Assembly (NCBI GenBank): GCA_963727625.1
Contig: CAVSHR010000004.1
Location: 512,001 to 576,000 of the forward strand
Reading direction: 5' to 3'
Origin: an uncultured delta proteobacterium
Lineage (GTDB): Bacteria; Desulfobacterota; Binatia; UBA9968
Length of the DNA: 64,000 bases
The translations under genes and the position numbers were made by a program. Below the pieces are notes generated by a model that saw only the letters and a list, made by a program, of their open reading frames with translations, made no database searches and was not told where the DNA came from. Positions 1 to 10,908 of the stretch are shown one piece after another (the first letter of the stretch is position 1; each line of letters opens with the position of its first letter).

Positions 1-25
1 CTCGATTGGGGACTTTTTGGATCAC

Positions 26-386
26 TTAACCCAACCACAGAAATAGCCAAAGCATCGGCGCTAGGACTATCGCGCAAAAGACCGCGACGGAGCCGAGATC
101 TTCGGCGCGGCCGGATAGCTCGTGGCGCTCGCTACCGATTCGGTCGACGACCGTTTCGATCGCTGAATTGACGAGCTCGGCAATGATGACCAAAAGCCAA
201 CTCGCGATCAGCAGTGCCCTTTCGAAAGCTTTTTCCCGCCAACCACGATAACGGGATCAGGACCAGAAGAATATAAATTTCGTAGCGCAAGGCCGCTTGA
301 ATGCGCCATGATTGACCGAGACCGATGCAGGAATATCGGGTCGCGTTGACGACTCGCCGCAGCGGCCCCGGCTCAACCATGCGCAT
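26..386 (-). pseudogene. dgkA: Diacylglycerol kinase, frameshifted
   Basis: The N-terminal half (..RRVVNATRYSCIGL..AALRYE..) is in the ORF at 132..386. The C-terminal half (FERALLIASWLLVIIAELVNSAIETVVDRIGSERHELSGRAEDLGSVAV..WLG*) is in another frame from ~228 to TAA at 26-28. Both match DgkA motifs. Could be an assembly error. Confidence 0.85.
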
Positions 387-433
387 ACAACAAGAAAATG
401 TCCGTTTCCCTCAAGCGCCATCCGTCGTTTGGC

Positions 434-2656
434 CTATTTCCCCTTGAGCGCGTTTAAAACTTTTTCCGCCGTGATCGGCAGCGATTTGATCCGCACGCCG
501 ACGGCGTCTTCCACGGCATTGGCGATCGCCGCTGCGGTCGGAATCAGCGCGGTCTCACCGATGCTCATGCTGTTGTACGGCCCGCTGCCGAAATCGGACT
601 GTAGGATGGCGGTCTGAAGCTCGGGAATATCTTGAATGTTGGGAATCTTGTATTCGCCGAGGTTGGTCGCGAGCACCTTGCCGCTCTCGTCGTAGCCGAG
701 GTTCTCGATCGTCCCATAACCCATCCCCATGATCACGCCGCCGTCGATCTGTCCCTGGTGCGTCAACGGATTCAAAATCGTTCCGGTGTTATGCGCGGTA
801 GTCAGTTGGATCACGCGCACTTCGCCGGTTTCGGCATCGACTTCGACTTCGGCGACCTGGGCCACCAGCGAAGCCTCCGGTCCATCGGCCATATTGACGT
901 AATGCCCTTCGGCCGTCAGCGGGCTGCCGTGCGCGCGCACGATCTCGCCGTAGGTCATGCGCCGCTCGGCTCGTCCATGGGTCACCCCGCCGTCATAGAC
1001 GATCAATTCGTCGGGCGACGCCTCCATCAATTGCCCTGCCACTCGGAGGATCTCTTCGCGCAGTTTGCGCGACGCATCTAACGCCGCTGTGCCGTGCACC
1101 CGCGTGCTGCTGCTGCCGCGCACGCCGGTGTCCTTTACGACTTTGGACGAATCGAGCATTTCCACTTCAATCGCATCCAAAGGCACCTTGAGCTCCTCGC
1201 CGACAACCTGGCGCATCATGGTAAAAACTCCCGGTCCGGTATCGGTCACCGCGGAGGAGAGCATCACGACGCCGTCAGCATCAACTCGCAACCGCACATA
1301 GGATTCACCGCCTTTGGAAACCCAATCGGCTACAGCGCAGCCGCGGCCGATATTTTTTCCCTTGGCGCGTTCGTAGCCGGATTCGTTCAACGCCTTCGAC
1401 AGCGTCTCGGTGGCTTTGACGTGGGGAATCACTTCGCCCAGCGGCGCGGTATCGCCATCGTGCATTAAATTCATCCGGCGAAACTCCGTCGGTGCGATGC
1501 CCAGCCGGCGCGCTACTAGATCGGCCTGGCTCTCACAGGCGAACATCGCCTGTAAATGGCCGGGGGCGCGCATATAGCCGCAAGGCATTTTGTTGGTGTA
1601 GACGTAAATCTCTTCGACCAGGCAATTGGGCACCCGATAGGGGCCCGGCGCATCGTGCGCGCCGACCAAATAGCCCTGCGGCCGGTAGGCACCATAAGCG
1701 CCGCTGTCGAAGATAAACCGCACATGCTGGGCGATCAATATGCCGTTTTTCTTCACTCCGGTCTTGACCGTGATCACCGCGCCATGGCGCGGATTGCCGG
1801 CAACCAGTTCTTCGGCGTAATCGATCAGCAGTTTGACCGGCCGGCCGCTTTTCTGCGCCAGCGCGTAACATAGCGCGACATCGTTGCCGTCTCCCTTGCC
1901 GCCGAAATCTCCGCCGACGTAACAGGGCCGAATGATCAAGCTCGCCGGCGATATTCCCAGCGCGCTTCCGACCTGGTCGCGCAAGGCGAACGGGCTCTTG
2001 TTCGATGACCAGATTTCCGCCGTGCCGTCGGCGTTGATGCGCACCAGGGAGCAATGCGGTTCGATGTAGGCTTGGTGCACTGCCGGCACGGTGAAAGTGT
2101 TTTCAAGCACCACGTCGGATTGGCGAAAGCCTGCTTCGACTTCGCCTTTCTTCCAGTTAAGCCGCACAAAGGCGTTGCTCGGCGTCTCGATTTTGTGCAG
2201 CAGACCTTTGTATTCTGCGAGATTGGGGTGGAGTAGCGGCGCCTCCGGGGCGAGTGCCTCGAGCGCATCAATGAGGACCGGCAGCTCTTCATACTCGACG
2301 TCGATTAGATTCACCGCAGCGTCGGCGACGGCTTCGCTCTCGGCCGCCACGGCGGCCACCTTTTCACCGGCGTAGCGCACCACCCCGTCAGCCAACAACG
2401 GCATATCAACGATTTTTTTACCGATACGGGCGCCAGCCAGGTCGGCGCCGGTCAAGACCACTTTTACACCCGGCAACGCCAGCGCTTTGGACACATCGAC
2501 ACTCTTGATTCGGCCATGAGTGATGGGACTGCGCAAGACTTTCGTCCACATCATGTCCGGTAACACGACATCCGACGCATACAACGCGCCGCCGCCGACT
2601 TTTTGTTCCCCTTCGACTCTCGGACTGGGTATACCGACGCTGCGGATCTCGTTCAT
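434..2656 (-). CDS. Xanthine dehydrogenase-family molybdopterin-binding (large) subunit
   Basis: 740 aa; LRSP..HG, HQAYIEPH, GGDFGGKG, MRAPG, GQIDGG..MGMG and IGE motifs of Mo-hydroxylase large subunits. Confidence 0.92.
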   Translation of the reverse strand: MNEIRSVGIPSPRVEGEQKVGGGALYASDVVLPDMMWTKVLRSPITHGRIKSVDVSKALALPGVKVVLTGADLAGARIGKKIVDMPLLADGVVRYAGEKVAAVAAESEAVADAAVNLIDVEYEELPVLIDALEALAPEAPLLHPNLAEYKGLLHKIETPSNAFVRLNWKKGEVEAGFRQSDVVLENTFTVPAVHQAYIEPHCSLVRINADGTAEIWSSNKSPFALRDQVGSALGISPASLIIRPCYVGGDFGGKGDGNDVALCYALAQKSGRPVKLLIDYAEELVAGNPRHGAVITVKTGVKKNGILIAQHVRFIFDSGAYGAYRPQGYLVGAHDAPGPYRVPNCLVEEIYVYTNKMPCGYMRAPGHLQAMFACESQADLVARRLGIAPTEFRRMNLMHDGDTAPLGEVIPHVKATETLSKALNESGYERAKGKNIGRGCAVADWVSKGGESYVRLRVDADGVVMLSSAVTDTGPGVFTMMRQVVGEELKVPLDAIEVEMLDSSKVVKDTGVRGSSSTRVHGTAALDASRKLREEILRVAGQLMEASPDELIVYDGGVTHGRAERRMTYGEIVRAHGSPLTAEGHYVNMADGPEASLVAQVAEVEVDAETGEVRVIQLTTAHNTGTILNPLTHQGQIDGGVIMGMGYGTIENLGYDESGKVLATNLGEYKIPNIQDIPELQTAILQSDFGSGPYNSMSIGETALIPTAAAIANAVEDAVGVRIKSLPITAEKVLNALKGK

Positions 2657-2843
2657 AGAAAATCACCTCGTTATGCTATTCCGACATGCTAATTAAAACT
2701 ATTCTTATTACAATTCTAAGAGCCTTGAGTTGTTACGAATTTGCGGCGCAACTTCCGCAACGCTTGTTTTCGAAACTCAACTATGATTTGAGGTAGTTAC
2801 AACAACCCAACATTCGTCGCAAGAGTAATTAAGGAGGAATCTC

Positions 2844-3131
2844 GTGGATGATGTAAAGAGCCAGATGGAAGGCGTTACGCGCATATACCTCGAATTAGAT
2901 AATAAAATTTCCGACAAGGGCGGCGTGCAGAACCTGTTCGGCATGAACCGGAAAATCCGCCAGGCCCTGGAATCCATTACAATCGGCGAGCTAGACTCCA
3001 TGCTCGCAGAAATTCATCGTGCTAAAGAAGGTTTAACGCGATTACAGGAAGATGTTGTTGAGATCCGGGTCTTAAAAGAAGTCCTGACCACACCGATTTC
3101 CAAACAGGCCAACGGTCAAGCCCGAATATAA
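2844..3131 (+). CDS. Small helical/coiled-coil hypothetical protein
   Basis: 95 aa; GTG start after a strong AAGGAGG Shine-Dalgarno; amphipathic heptad pattern. Confidence 0.75.
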   Translation: MDDVKSQMEGVTRIYLELDNKISDKGGVQNLFGMNRKIRQALESITIGELDSMLAEIHRAKEGLTRLQEDVVEIRVLKEVLTTPISKQANGQARI

Positions 3132-3262
3132 AATAACGTCGCAGCTCGGGACCAAAACTCTGTAGTCCTGCCGGTCAGGCCGGTGAACCGGTGTTATCTG
3201 ATGGACTCAGGGATCATTCCTGATCGCTGCAAGCGGCAGTCGGTTGCCCTTCTATAAGCCTG

Positions 3263-6200
3263 CTAGACTTTGACCGGCGCTCGCGTTAATTGAAGCCGGC
3301 TCAACACTTCGCCGAGTAATCCGACGCCCACCACTGCGCCGCATTCATAGGCGATGACTTGGTTCGAGTACGGCGACAGGCGGCTCCCCGGGGCAATGAT
3401 GCCGAGCAAGTTCAGCGGGTCGGCCGCGCCAATCATAGCCACGCCGGCACTCTCAGGCCTGCGTTTCATTTCGCGCAACGCGTCGACGGCCTCGGCCAAA
3501 GCAAACTGCTCGCCGACAAAGCCGCTAACGAAGCGGCCGCCGCGAATCTCGCCGCGCGCCTCTAAACGACGGTACACCGACAGCAAGTTACGCCAAGGCG
3601 GCATGATCGCTTCGCGCGCGAGCAAATCGCGAAATACGATGCCGTAGCGTCGCAGCAACTGGCGCGCTCGCCGTTCTAAAACCGCTTCGATGCTCAGAGC
3701 TTCCCCGGTTCGATTGTGACGCCAAAGTGACCAGCGCCCCACTGGCATGGATCGCTCGTCGCTCCGGCCTCCGGAAATCACACGCAGGCTGCGCCGCCGC
3801 TCGGTTTTTCTGTGATCCGGCGTTAAGAGAACGCGCAGACCCGCAACCCCGTCGCCGGTGGCTAGTCCATGGGCCACCAGTTGCCAAAGCGCCTCTTCGA
3901 CCTTAACTTTCAAAAGCCCCGTGCCATGTGCAATATCATTCAGGAATGATGCGCCATAGTGTTCGAGATAGGCGCCCACCTCGACGGCCATCGCCGAAAG
4001 TGCACCGATCTGGTCGAAGGGTCGATTCGTTGATTCTAGGAAGCTGTCGAGATCCTCGCGCATGACAAAGGAGATCGGTGCATTGCGGGCCGGCGCCAGC
4101 AAGCGTTTGGACCTCCGCCCTGTTCTCCCTTGTTGTGACAGGTTTCCGAGTTCGCAAAGACCGGCCTGCAAACGACCCCACGCGACTACGCCAGCCAGAC
4201 AAAGATGCTCGAGATCCGCGGGATCGTAACGACCGATTCGCGCCGGCAATATCTGCTGCTCCCAGGCGGGCGCAGGCAGCTCCAGGCCTTGCAGCTCTTG
4301 AATCACCCGCAAGATGCCCTCGCGCCCGTGCAATTGCGTGCCAGGCGCGACATGTTGCCAAGCCAAGAGAAAGTTCACGAAATCGGTCGCGGAAACCGGC
4401 TCAATTTCTTTGCGCATGCGTCCCAGGGTCAGCCGGTGAATGCGCGCGAGCAAGACGCGATCGCACCATTCGCTTTCGCTCTCGGATCGCCCTACGGTGA
4501 ATTGGCCGCGTAAAACCACTCCCGCGCTTTCCAAAACGATGAGCGCCGCGTCGATTTTTCCTTTTGAAATTCCTAGACGAGCCGCCAACGCCGTCGCCGC
4601 AACCGGCCCGCAGACTTCGAGCCAACCTTGAACGATTTTTCCCAAAGCCCCTTCCGGTGACCGAGCGTTTTCACAAAACCCCAGCGGCAGTTCCACCGGC
4701 GGAATCAAATTTACCGCGCCGAGCGCCAGACGAATCAAATCGGCGCGCTCGGCGGCAACGTACGCACGCCGCTCCGTACCGTCAAACTCCCAAGCCGTGA
4801 TGCAGGCGCGACCGCTCGCAATCAATGTCTCAGCGAACAAGTGCCAATCCGGTCGATCATTGACCGGCAATAGACAAACACCCAACAAAAGGTCATGGAG
4901 CTCATCGGCGTTACGCGCTTCCGGCCAAGCCTGCTTGCGCACTTCGTCGATGGCGGCCGGGTCGAGCTGGCCGAATTCCCGGCCGATCCAAGGATCGACC
5001 CGCCGCAGCGACACGGCGCGCGCGCGCCGCTCTTCCAGCGGCGCATCGTCTAAAAATGCGTAGGGATTGGCGTTGAGAATCTCATGGGCCATGGGCGAAG
5101 GCGCCGGGGTATCGACCGCGAGAGTATCGATGGCACCAGTTTCGATGCGCTGGAGAATTTCGGCCAAGCCGTCCATGTCCATGGCTTCGTGTAAACAGTC
5201 GCCCATGGTTTCTCTGACCAGCGGATGATCGGGCAAATCCACCGGACCGCTGCGGTTGTCCTGGCACATCACCTGCTCGGGAAACACCGCAGCCAGCAGA
5301 TCTTCTGCGCGCATTCGCTGCAGCGCCACGGGAACTTTTCGCCCGCCGCTGTGGCGCATCACCGCCAGCGCTCGGGTAGCGTTCCAGCGCCAGCGGTTGG
5401 TAAACATCGGCGCCGCCAGAGCGGCTTGGGTCAAGTTGTATTCGAGAGTCGCGGGCCGAAGCATCGAGAAAACATCGGTCAACGGAAAGGAATGTTGCTC
5501 GACCAGCGAAATGCAGATGCCGTCGTCGGTCGCCGCCGCTTGCAATTCGCGGTCAAAGCTCACACAAAAGCGTTTGCGCAACGCTAGACCCCAAGCACGG
5601 TTGATCCGCCCGCCCCAAGGTGAATGGAGAATCAGTTGCATGCCGCCGGCCTCGTCGAAAAAACGCTCGGCGATCACTTTATCCTGCGCCGGCACAGTGC
5701 CGAGAGCTTGCACTGTGTCGGCGATGTAATTGACGATCTGTTCGGCCGCGCTCTGCGGCATGGCGACTTGGTCCATGAGCCACTGCGCTGCGCCCGGGCG
5801 ATCCGGCAGTTTCGCGGCGACGGCTTGGCGCAGATCGCTAACTGCCATGGACAACTCCAGGGTGCGCCCTGGCCCCTCGCCCATCCAAAAAGGAATGCTC
5901 GGGGGTAAACCTTGGGCGTCCTCGACCCAGACTTTGCCGGAGCCGACGCGACGAATTCTCCAGGAGCGATTGCCGAGAAGAAAGATATCGCCGGCCAAGC
6001 TCTCGATCGCGAAGTCCTCATTGACCGTGCCGACGAAGGTCTCACTGGGAAACTCCACCACGCTGTAATCGGCGGTATCGGGGATGGCGCCACCGTTGGT
6101 AATCGCGGTCAAGCGCGCGCCGCGCCGTGGCCGCAGCATGCCGTGGATGCGGTCGCGATGAATGTAGGCGCTGCGCCGGCTACGCCAGGTCTGGACTCCC

Positions 6201-7621
6201 TCGCTGAGCATTTCCAGCAACTGCTCAAAATCTTCGCGCGTGAGATCTTTGTACGGATAGGCCGAGCGCACCAATTGCCACAACGCTTCTTCGGCGATGC
6301 CCTCATCATCGGGTTTCTTACTGCCGCCCGACCGCGCCGTTGAGCCCAGGCTCGCCACGGTCGCAACCATCTGCTGCGCCAAAACATCGAGCGGTTTCCT
6401 AACGACGGCCAACCTATCCAATTCGCCCTGGCGCACCGCGCGAATCGCTGCGACCGATTGCAAAAGATCGTCACGGGTCAAAGGATAGAGAATCCCTTTG
6501 GGAATCGCCCCGTGCCAATGGCCCGATCTGCCCACGCGCTGCAGTAGAACTGCGAGATTGCGCGGCGAACCGATGTGACCGACGACATCGACGTGGCCAA
6601 TGTCGATGCCGAGTTCAAGCGAGGCGGTGGCAACCACGACGGGAAATTGGCCGGATTTGAGTTTTTCTTCAACCTCGAGGCGAGTCTTGCGCGACAGGCT
6701 ACCGTGATGCGCGCCGACTTTACCCTCGCCGAGTCGTTCGGTCAGCTGGTGCGCAACGCGCTCGACCAGACGGCGCGTATTGACGAAAATCAAGCTCGTG
6801 CGATGCGCCCGAATTTGCTCCACCAGCCTGTCATACACCGCCGTCCAAATTTCCTGGCGAATGATCGGCCCAAGCTCGTCATCGGGAACGTCGATGCGCA
6901 AATCCATCTCGCGCTGATGACCGACGTCGACGATAGCGCAATCGGGCGTACCGTCGGCAATGACGTTGCGCGATCCAACCAGCAAACGCGCGATCTCTTT
7001 GATCGGTTTCTGTGTCGCGCTCAAGCCGATCCGCTGCAGCGCCCGCCCCGCCAGAGCGTCAAGCCTTTCGAGCGAAAGCGCGAGATGCGCGCCGCGTTTA
7101 TCCTGCGCGACGGCATGAATCTCATCGACGATCAGCGTCTCGGCGGAATTAAGAAACTCCCGGCTGCGCGGTGCAGTGAGAAGAATATAGAGCGACTCCG
7201 GAGTCGTGATCAGAATATGCGGCGGCCGACGCACCATCGCCTGGCGCTCTTGAGCGGGCGTGTCTCCGGAGCGCACTGCCACTCGAATGGACGGTAAAAG
7301 GATCCCTTCGCGCCCCGCCAGCTCGTAAATCGCCAGGAGCGGGCCCTGAAGATTTTTAGCGATGTCGTTGCCAAGCGCTTTGAGCGGCGAAACGTAAATC
7401 ACGCTAGTGCGCCCGTCGAGCCCGCCGTTGAGAGCGCGCTTGATCAGCCGGTCGATGGACCAAAGAAAGGCCGCCAGGGTTTTGCCGGAGCCTGTCGGCG
7501 CCGCGATCAGCGTCGACTTTCCCGCGGAGATCGACTCCCAGCCTTGCCGCTGCGCCGGTGTGGGGCTCTGAAAGCGCTCGGTAAACCAGCGCTGTATGAT
7601 GGGGTGAAAAGACGGACCCAA
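3263..7621 (-). CDS. lhr: ATP-dependent Lhr-family helicase (long form)
   Basis: 1452 aa; APTGSGKT, SPLKAL, TTPESL, DEIH, SAT, QRVGRSGH; C-terminal RGGRFV..GEQFA domain. Confidence 0.93.
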   Translation of the reverse strand: MGPSFHPIIQRWFTERFQSPTPAQRQGWESISAGKSTLIAAPTGSGKTLAAFLWSIDRLIKRALNGGLDGRTSVIYVSPLKALGNDIAKNLQGPLLAIYELAGREGILLPSIRVAVRSGDTPAQERQAMVRRPPHILITTPESLYILLTAPRSREFLNSAETLIVDEIHAVAQDKRGAHLALSLERLDALAGRALQRIGLSATQKPIKEIARLLVGSRNVIADGTPDCAIVDVGHQREMDLRIDVPDDELGPIIRQEIWTAVYDRLVEQIRAHRTSLIFVNTRRLVERVAHQLTERLGEGKVGAHHGSLSRKTRLEVEEKLKSGQFPVVVATASLELGIDIGHVDVVGHIGSPRNLAVLLQRVGRSGHWHGAIPKGILYPLTRDDLLQSVAAIRAVRQGELDRLAVVRKPLDVLAQQMVATVASLGSTARSGGSKKPDDEGIAEEALWQLVRSAYPYKDLTREDFEQLLEMLSEGVQTWRSRRSAYIHRDRIHGMLRPRRGARLTAITNGGAIPDTADYSVVEFPSETFVGTVNEDFAIESLAGDIFLLGNRSWRIRRVGSGKVWVEDAQGLPPSIPFWMGEGPGRTLELSMAVSDLRQAVAAKLPDRPGAAQWLMDQVAMPQSAAEQIVNYIADTVQALGTVPAQDKVIAERFFDEAGGMQLILHSPWGGRINRAWGLALRKRFCVSFDRELQAAATDDGICISLVEQHSFPLTDVFSMLRPATLEYNLTQAALAAPMFTNRWRWNATRALAVMRHSGGRKVPVALQRMRAEDLLAAVFPEQVMCQDNRSGPVDLPDHPLVRETMGDCLHEAMDMDGLAEILQRIETGAIDTLAVDTPAPSPMAHEILNANPYAFLDDAPLEERRARAVSLRRVDPWIGREFGQLDPAAIDEVRKQAWPEARNADELHDLLLGVCLLPVNDRPDWHLFAETLIASGRACITAWEFDGTERRAYVAAERADLIRLALGAVNLIPPVELPLGFCENARSPEGALGKIVQGWLEVCGPVAATALAARLGISKGKIDAALIVLESAGVVLRGQFTVGRSESESEWCDRVLLARIHRLTLGRMRKEIEPVSATDFVNFLLAWQHVAPGTQLHGREGILRVIQELQGLELPAPAWEQQILPARIGRYDPADLEHLCLAGVVAWGRLQAGLCELGNLSQQGRTGRRSKRLLAPARNAPISFVMREDLDSFLESTNRPFDQIGALSAMAVEVGAYLEHYGASFLNDIAHGTGLLKVKVEEALWQLVAHGLATGDGVAGLRVLLTPDHRKTERRRSLRVISGGRSDERSMPVGRWSLWRHNRTGEALSIEAVLERRARQLLRRYGIVFRDLLAREAIMPPWRNLLSVYRRLEARGEIRGGRFVSGFVGEQFALAEAVDALREMKRRPESAGVAMIGAADPLNLLGIIAPGSRLSPYSNQVIAYECGAVVGVGLLGEVLSRLQLTRAPVKV

Positions 7622-7705
7622 GCGTATCTCTCCAGTGGTGGGAGTAACGACAAACCAGCGAGCCGGGACGGCGCAAAATCAACGCCGATCGAACGCGATC
7701 AAAAA

Positions 7706-8077
7706 CTACTTTGTCGGCTCGACGTCCGCTTTACTCGGCGATCGGGCTTGCGACGCCGCGCCGACACCCCGCTTCAAGAGCTCTTCCATGACCAGCTTTG
7801 CGCCGGCATGCCCCTGATCGGCGAGCTCTCCGGTTTTGCTGACCAGCAGTTTGAACTGCGCCTGAACCTTTTGCGCTTCTTGGATCGCCGCATCCTGATG
7901 GCTTTTCACCGCCGTCAAATTGACCCGTTCGGTCAGCCCTTGCAGCGTCTCAAAACCGAAATAGATCGTGAGCGCCGCCAAGGTAATGATCAACGGTAAA
8001 TTCGAACTGGCCGGATGGGTCCCCTGTAGTTCGTCAGGGCTCTCCGACTCGGCATTACTTTCATTTTCGTCCGCCAT
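7706..8077 (-). CDS. Hypothetical single-TM coiled-coil protein
   Basis: 123 aa; acidic N-terminal tail, one hydrophobic helix, then coiled coil; GAGG SD; 9 nt downstream of the upstream gene. Confidence 0.75.
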   Translation of the reverse strand: MADENESNAESESPDELQGTHPASSNLPLIITLAALTIYFGFETLQGLTERVNLTAVKSHQDAAIQEAQKVQAQFKLLVSKTGELADQGHAGAKLVMEELLKRGVGAASQARSPSKADVEPTK

Positions 8078-8086
8078 GCTGCCTCA

Positions 8087-8371
8087 CTACTTCGCGGTGG
8101 CAGTTCCTGGCGCCGCATCGAGATTGACCCCGCTTTCGGCCAGGACTTTTTTCAACCGCTCGTCGTTGGTTTTAAGCGCCATGCTGGCGAGCACGGTGAT
8201 CAGCTGGCGGTTGAGGGTTTCAAGCTGGATGGTTTGGGCGATCACCTGCTGGCGTTCGCCCACCTCGGTTTGAATTGAGTGATTGCCCAAGGAAACCAGA
8301 ATATTCACGAGCACTAACAGCAGGATCACTGCCGACCAAGCGGTCAGGAAAATTTTAGGTTTTTTACTCAT
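8087..8371 (-). CDS. Hypothetical single-TM coiled-coil protein
   Basis: 94 aa; basic N-terminus, TM helix, Gln-rich coiled coil. Confidence 0.75.
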   Translation of the reverse strand: MSKKPKIFLTAWSAVILLLVLVNILVSLGNHSIQTEVGERQQVIAQTIQLETLNRQLITVLASMALKTNDERLKKVLAESGVNLDAAPGTATAK

Positions 8372-8431
8372 GAAGCCTTAACCGCGGGCGTAGAAGCAAA
8401 AAATATCGCCTTGGCTCCGCCGCCCGGTTTA

Positions 8432-9118
8432 TCAGTGAATCAAACTGCCAATCCGCTCCCAGCGCACCCAGCGATCCGATCCGTCCCACGACCAATAAAT
8501 GAGAAACGCTTTGCCTCGCACTTCGTTGAGATCGACGTAGCCCCAGAAACGGCTGTCGTAACTGCGGTCGCGGTTATCACCCATGACGAATATGTGATTT
8601 GCCGGAACCGTTTTCGGCCCGTAATCGTCGCCGCTGCCGACCGCGCCGGCTTGCGGATCGTAGCCGGCAAAATATGCGTGCGCATCGTCAACCTGTTTGC
8701 CGTTGATGAAAACCTTCTTGGCGCGTATTTCGACCGTATCACCGCCCACCCCAATCACCCGTTTGATGAAATCCTTCGAGCGGTCCTCCGGATAAATAAA
8801 AACCACTACGTCGCCCCGCTGCGGCGTGGCGTACTCAATCAAGTACCGTTCGAGAAAAGGAATGCGCAAACCGTAGGAAAGTTTATTGACCAAAATATGG
8901 TCGCCGATCTGCAGAGTCGGGATCATCGAGCCGGACGGAATCTTGAACGCCTGCACGATAAACGTGCGGATGAACAGCGCCAATATCAGCGCCATGATAA
9001 TCGCTTCCGCGTACTCGCGGAAAGCGGATTTCGTTTTCGCCGTTGCCGGATGATCCATTACGCCTTGCTCTTTCACTTTTTCACCTTTTCTAACACAATT
9101 AACAAGCGGCGGCGTCAA
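8432..9118 (-). CDS. lepB: Signal peptidase I (true start may be ATG 9058)
   Basis: [10 protein letters not shown] (catalytic Ser), FIKRVIG (Lys), [14 protein letters not shown]; follows lepA. Confidence 0.96.
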   Translation of the reverse strand: MTPPLVNCVRKGEKVKEQGVMDHPATAKTKSAFREYAEAIIMALILALFIRTFIVQAFKIPSGSMIPTLQIGDHILVNKLSYGLRIPFLERYLIEYATPQRGDVVVFIYPEDRSKDFIKRVIGVGGDTVEIRAKKVFINGKQVDDAHAYFAGYDPQAGAVGSGDDYGPKTVPANHIFVMGDNRDRSYDSRFWGYVDLNEVRGKAFLIYWSWDGSDRWVRWERIGSLIH

Positions 9119-10908
9119 ACTTTGAGCGCCGCGAGGAATGCCTCCTGGGGAATCTCCACCTTGCCGACCTGCTTCATGCGCTTCTTGCCTTCTTTCTGGC
9201 GTTCCAGCAGCTTGCGTTTTCGCGTAATATCACCGCCGTAACACTTGGCTGTGACGTTTTTGCGCAGCGCCTTGACCGATTCCCGCGAGATCACGCGGCT
9301 GCCGATGGCAGCCTGGATCACGACTTCGAAGAGCTGGCGCGGAATCAGCTCGCGCATTTTCTGCACCAGGTCCCTGCCGCGATGATAGGCTTTATCACGG
9401 TGCACGATCATTGACATGGCGTCGACCACGTCGCCGTTGATGCGCACGTCGAGTTTGACTAGGTCGGCGGCGCGATAACCTGCCAGTTCATAATCCATCG
9501 ATGCATAGCCGCGGCTCACGGATTTCAGCCTATCATAGAAATCCACGACAATCTCATTGAGCGGCAGCTCGTAAACCAGCACCACCCGTTTCGGACCGAG
9601 ATAGCGGATCTCTTTTTGCACGCCGCGCTTTTCTTCGCAGATTTTGAGCACACCGCCAAGGAACTCCTGGGGCAAATGGAGCGATGCTTGAATGACCGGC
9701 TCTTCGATGCGCTCGATCTCCGATTCGTTGGGCAAACGCACTGGATTGTCGATCATTAGAGTTTTCCCGGCCGTGGTTACGACTTGGTAAATAACCGTCG
9801 CTGCTGTGGTAATCAGGGTGAGGCCGAATTCGCGTTCGAGCCGCTCGCGTATAATGTCCATATGCAGCAGGCCGAGAAACCCACAGCGAAATCCGAAACC
9901 CAATGCCTGGGAGGTTTCCGGGTCGTAAGTAAACGATGAGTCGTTGAGGCGGAGCTTTTCCAGGGCGTCGCGCAGCCCTTGGTATTGGCCCGAGTCGGTC
10001 GGATACAGGCCGCTGAAAACCATCGGCTTCATCGGTTTGAACCCCCCCAGCGGCGCGCCTGCGGGGCGTTCATCGGTCGTGATCGTGTCGCCAATTTGGG
10101 TCTCGGCGACTTCTTTGATGCCGGCCATAAAGAAACCGACTTCGCCGGCTTTTAGCTCCGAGACTTCCACGGACCCGGGCGAGAAAACACCAAGGCGCAG
10201 CACTTCGAACGCATGGCCGCTCGACATCATGCGAATCTTGGTGCCTTTTTGCATGGCGCCGTCGAAGATACGCGTCATCACAACGGCGCCGTGGTACGGA
10301 TCAAACCGGCAATCGATAATCAAAGCGCGCAAGGGGGCCGAAGCGTCTCCCCTCGGCGGCGGAAAATAATGCACGATGCCTTCGAGAATTTCTTCGGTGC
10401 CGATCCCCTCTTTGGCGCTTGCGCATACGGCGTGGGACGCGTCAAGACCAATGACGTCCTCAATCTCGGTTCTGACCCGCTCTGGATCGGCGCTCGGCAG
10501 ATCGATTTTGTTGATCACCGGGAGAATTTCCAGGTTGTGATCCAGCGCCATGTGCACGTTGGCCACGGTTTGCGCCTCGACGCCTTGTGCGGCATCAACA
10601 ACCAGCAGGGCGCCCTCGCAGGCCGCCAGACTGCGCGACACTTCGTAGGTGAAATCGACATGCCCGGGAGTGTCGATCAAGTTGAGCTTATATTCTTTGC
10701 CATCCTTGGCACGGTAGCGAAGACAGACCGGACTCGCTTTAATGGTAATGCCGCGCTCGCGCTCAAGCTCCATGCTGTCGAGGATTTGATCGGTTTTCTC
10801 ACGCGCGCTCACCGCGCCGGTGAACTCGAGCAAACGATCTGCCAGGGTCGACTTCCCGTGATCGATATGGGCGATGATCGAAAAATTTCTAATGTGGTCC
10901 AGTTTCAT
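9115..10908 (-). CDS. lepA: Elongation factor 4
   Basis: [42 protein letters not shown]. Confidence 0.99.
   Translation of the reverse strand: MKLDHIRNFSIIAHIDHGKSTLADRLLEFTGAVSAREKTDQILDSMELERERGITIKASPVCLRYRAKDGKEYKLNLIDTPGHVDFTYEVSRSLAACEGALLVVDAAQGVEAQTVANVHMALDHNLEILPVINKIDLPSADPERVRTEIEDVIGLDASHAVCASAKEGIGTEEILEGIVHYFPPPRGDASAPLRALIIDCRFDPYHGAVVMTRIFDGAMQKGTKIRMMSSGHAFEVLRLGVFSPGSVEVSELKAGEVGFFMAGIKEVAETQIGDTITTDERPAGAPLGGFKPMKPMVFSGLYPTDSGQYQGLRDALEKLRLNDSSFTYDPETSQALGFGFRCGFLGLLHMDIIRERLEREFGLTLITTAATVIYQVVTTAGKTLMIDNPVRLPNESEIERIEEPVIQASLHLPQEFLGGVLKICEEKRGVQKEIRYLGPKRVVLVYELPLNEIVVDFYDRLKSVSRGYASMDYELAGYRAADLVKLDVRINGDVVDAMSMIVHRDKAYHRGRDLVQKMRELIPRQLFEVVIQAAIGSRVISRESVKALRKNVTAKCYGGDITRKRKLLERQKEGKKRMKQVGKVEIPQEAFLAALKV

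Noticed and set aside
434-2656. Aerobic CO dehydrogenase CoxL
   Set aside because: It lacks the AYxCSFR and AYxGAGR loops, and there are no coxM/coxS neighbours.
3195-3230. Hammerhead ribozyme core (CTGATG..)
   Set aside because: No CUGANGA plus GAAA core with the required helices.
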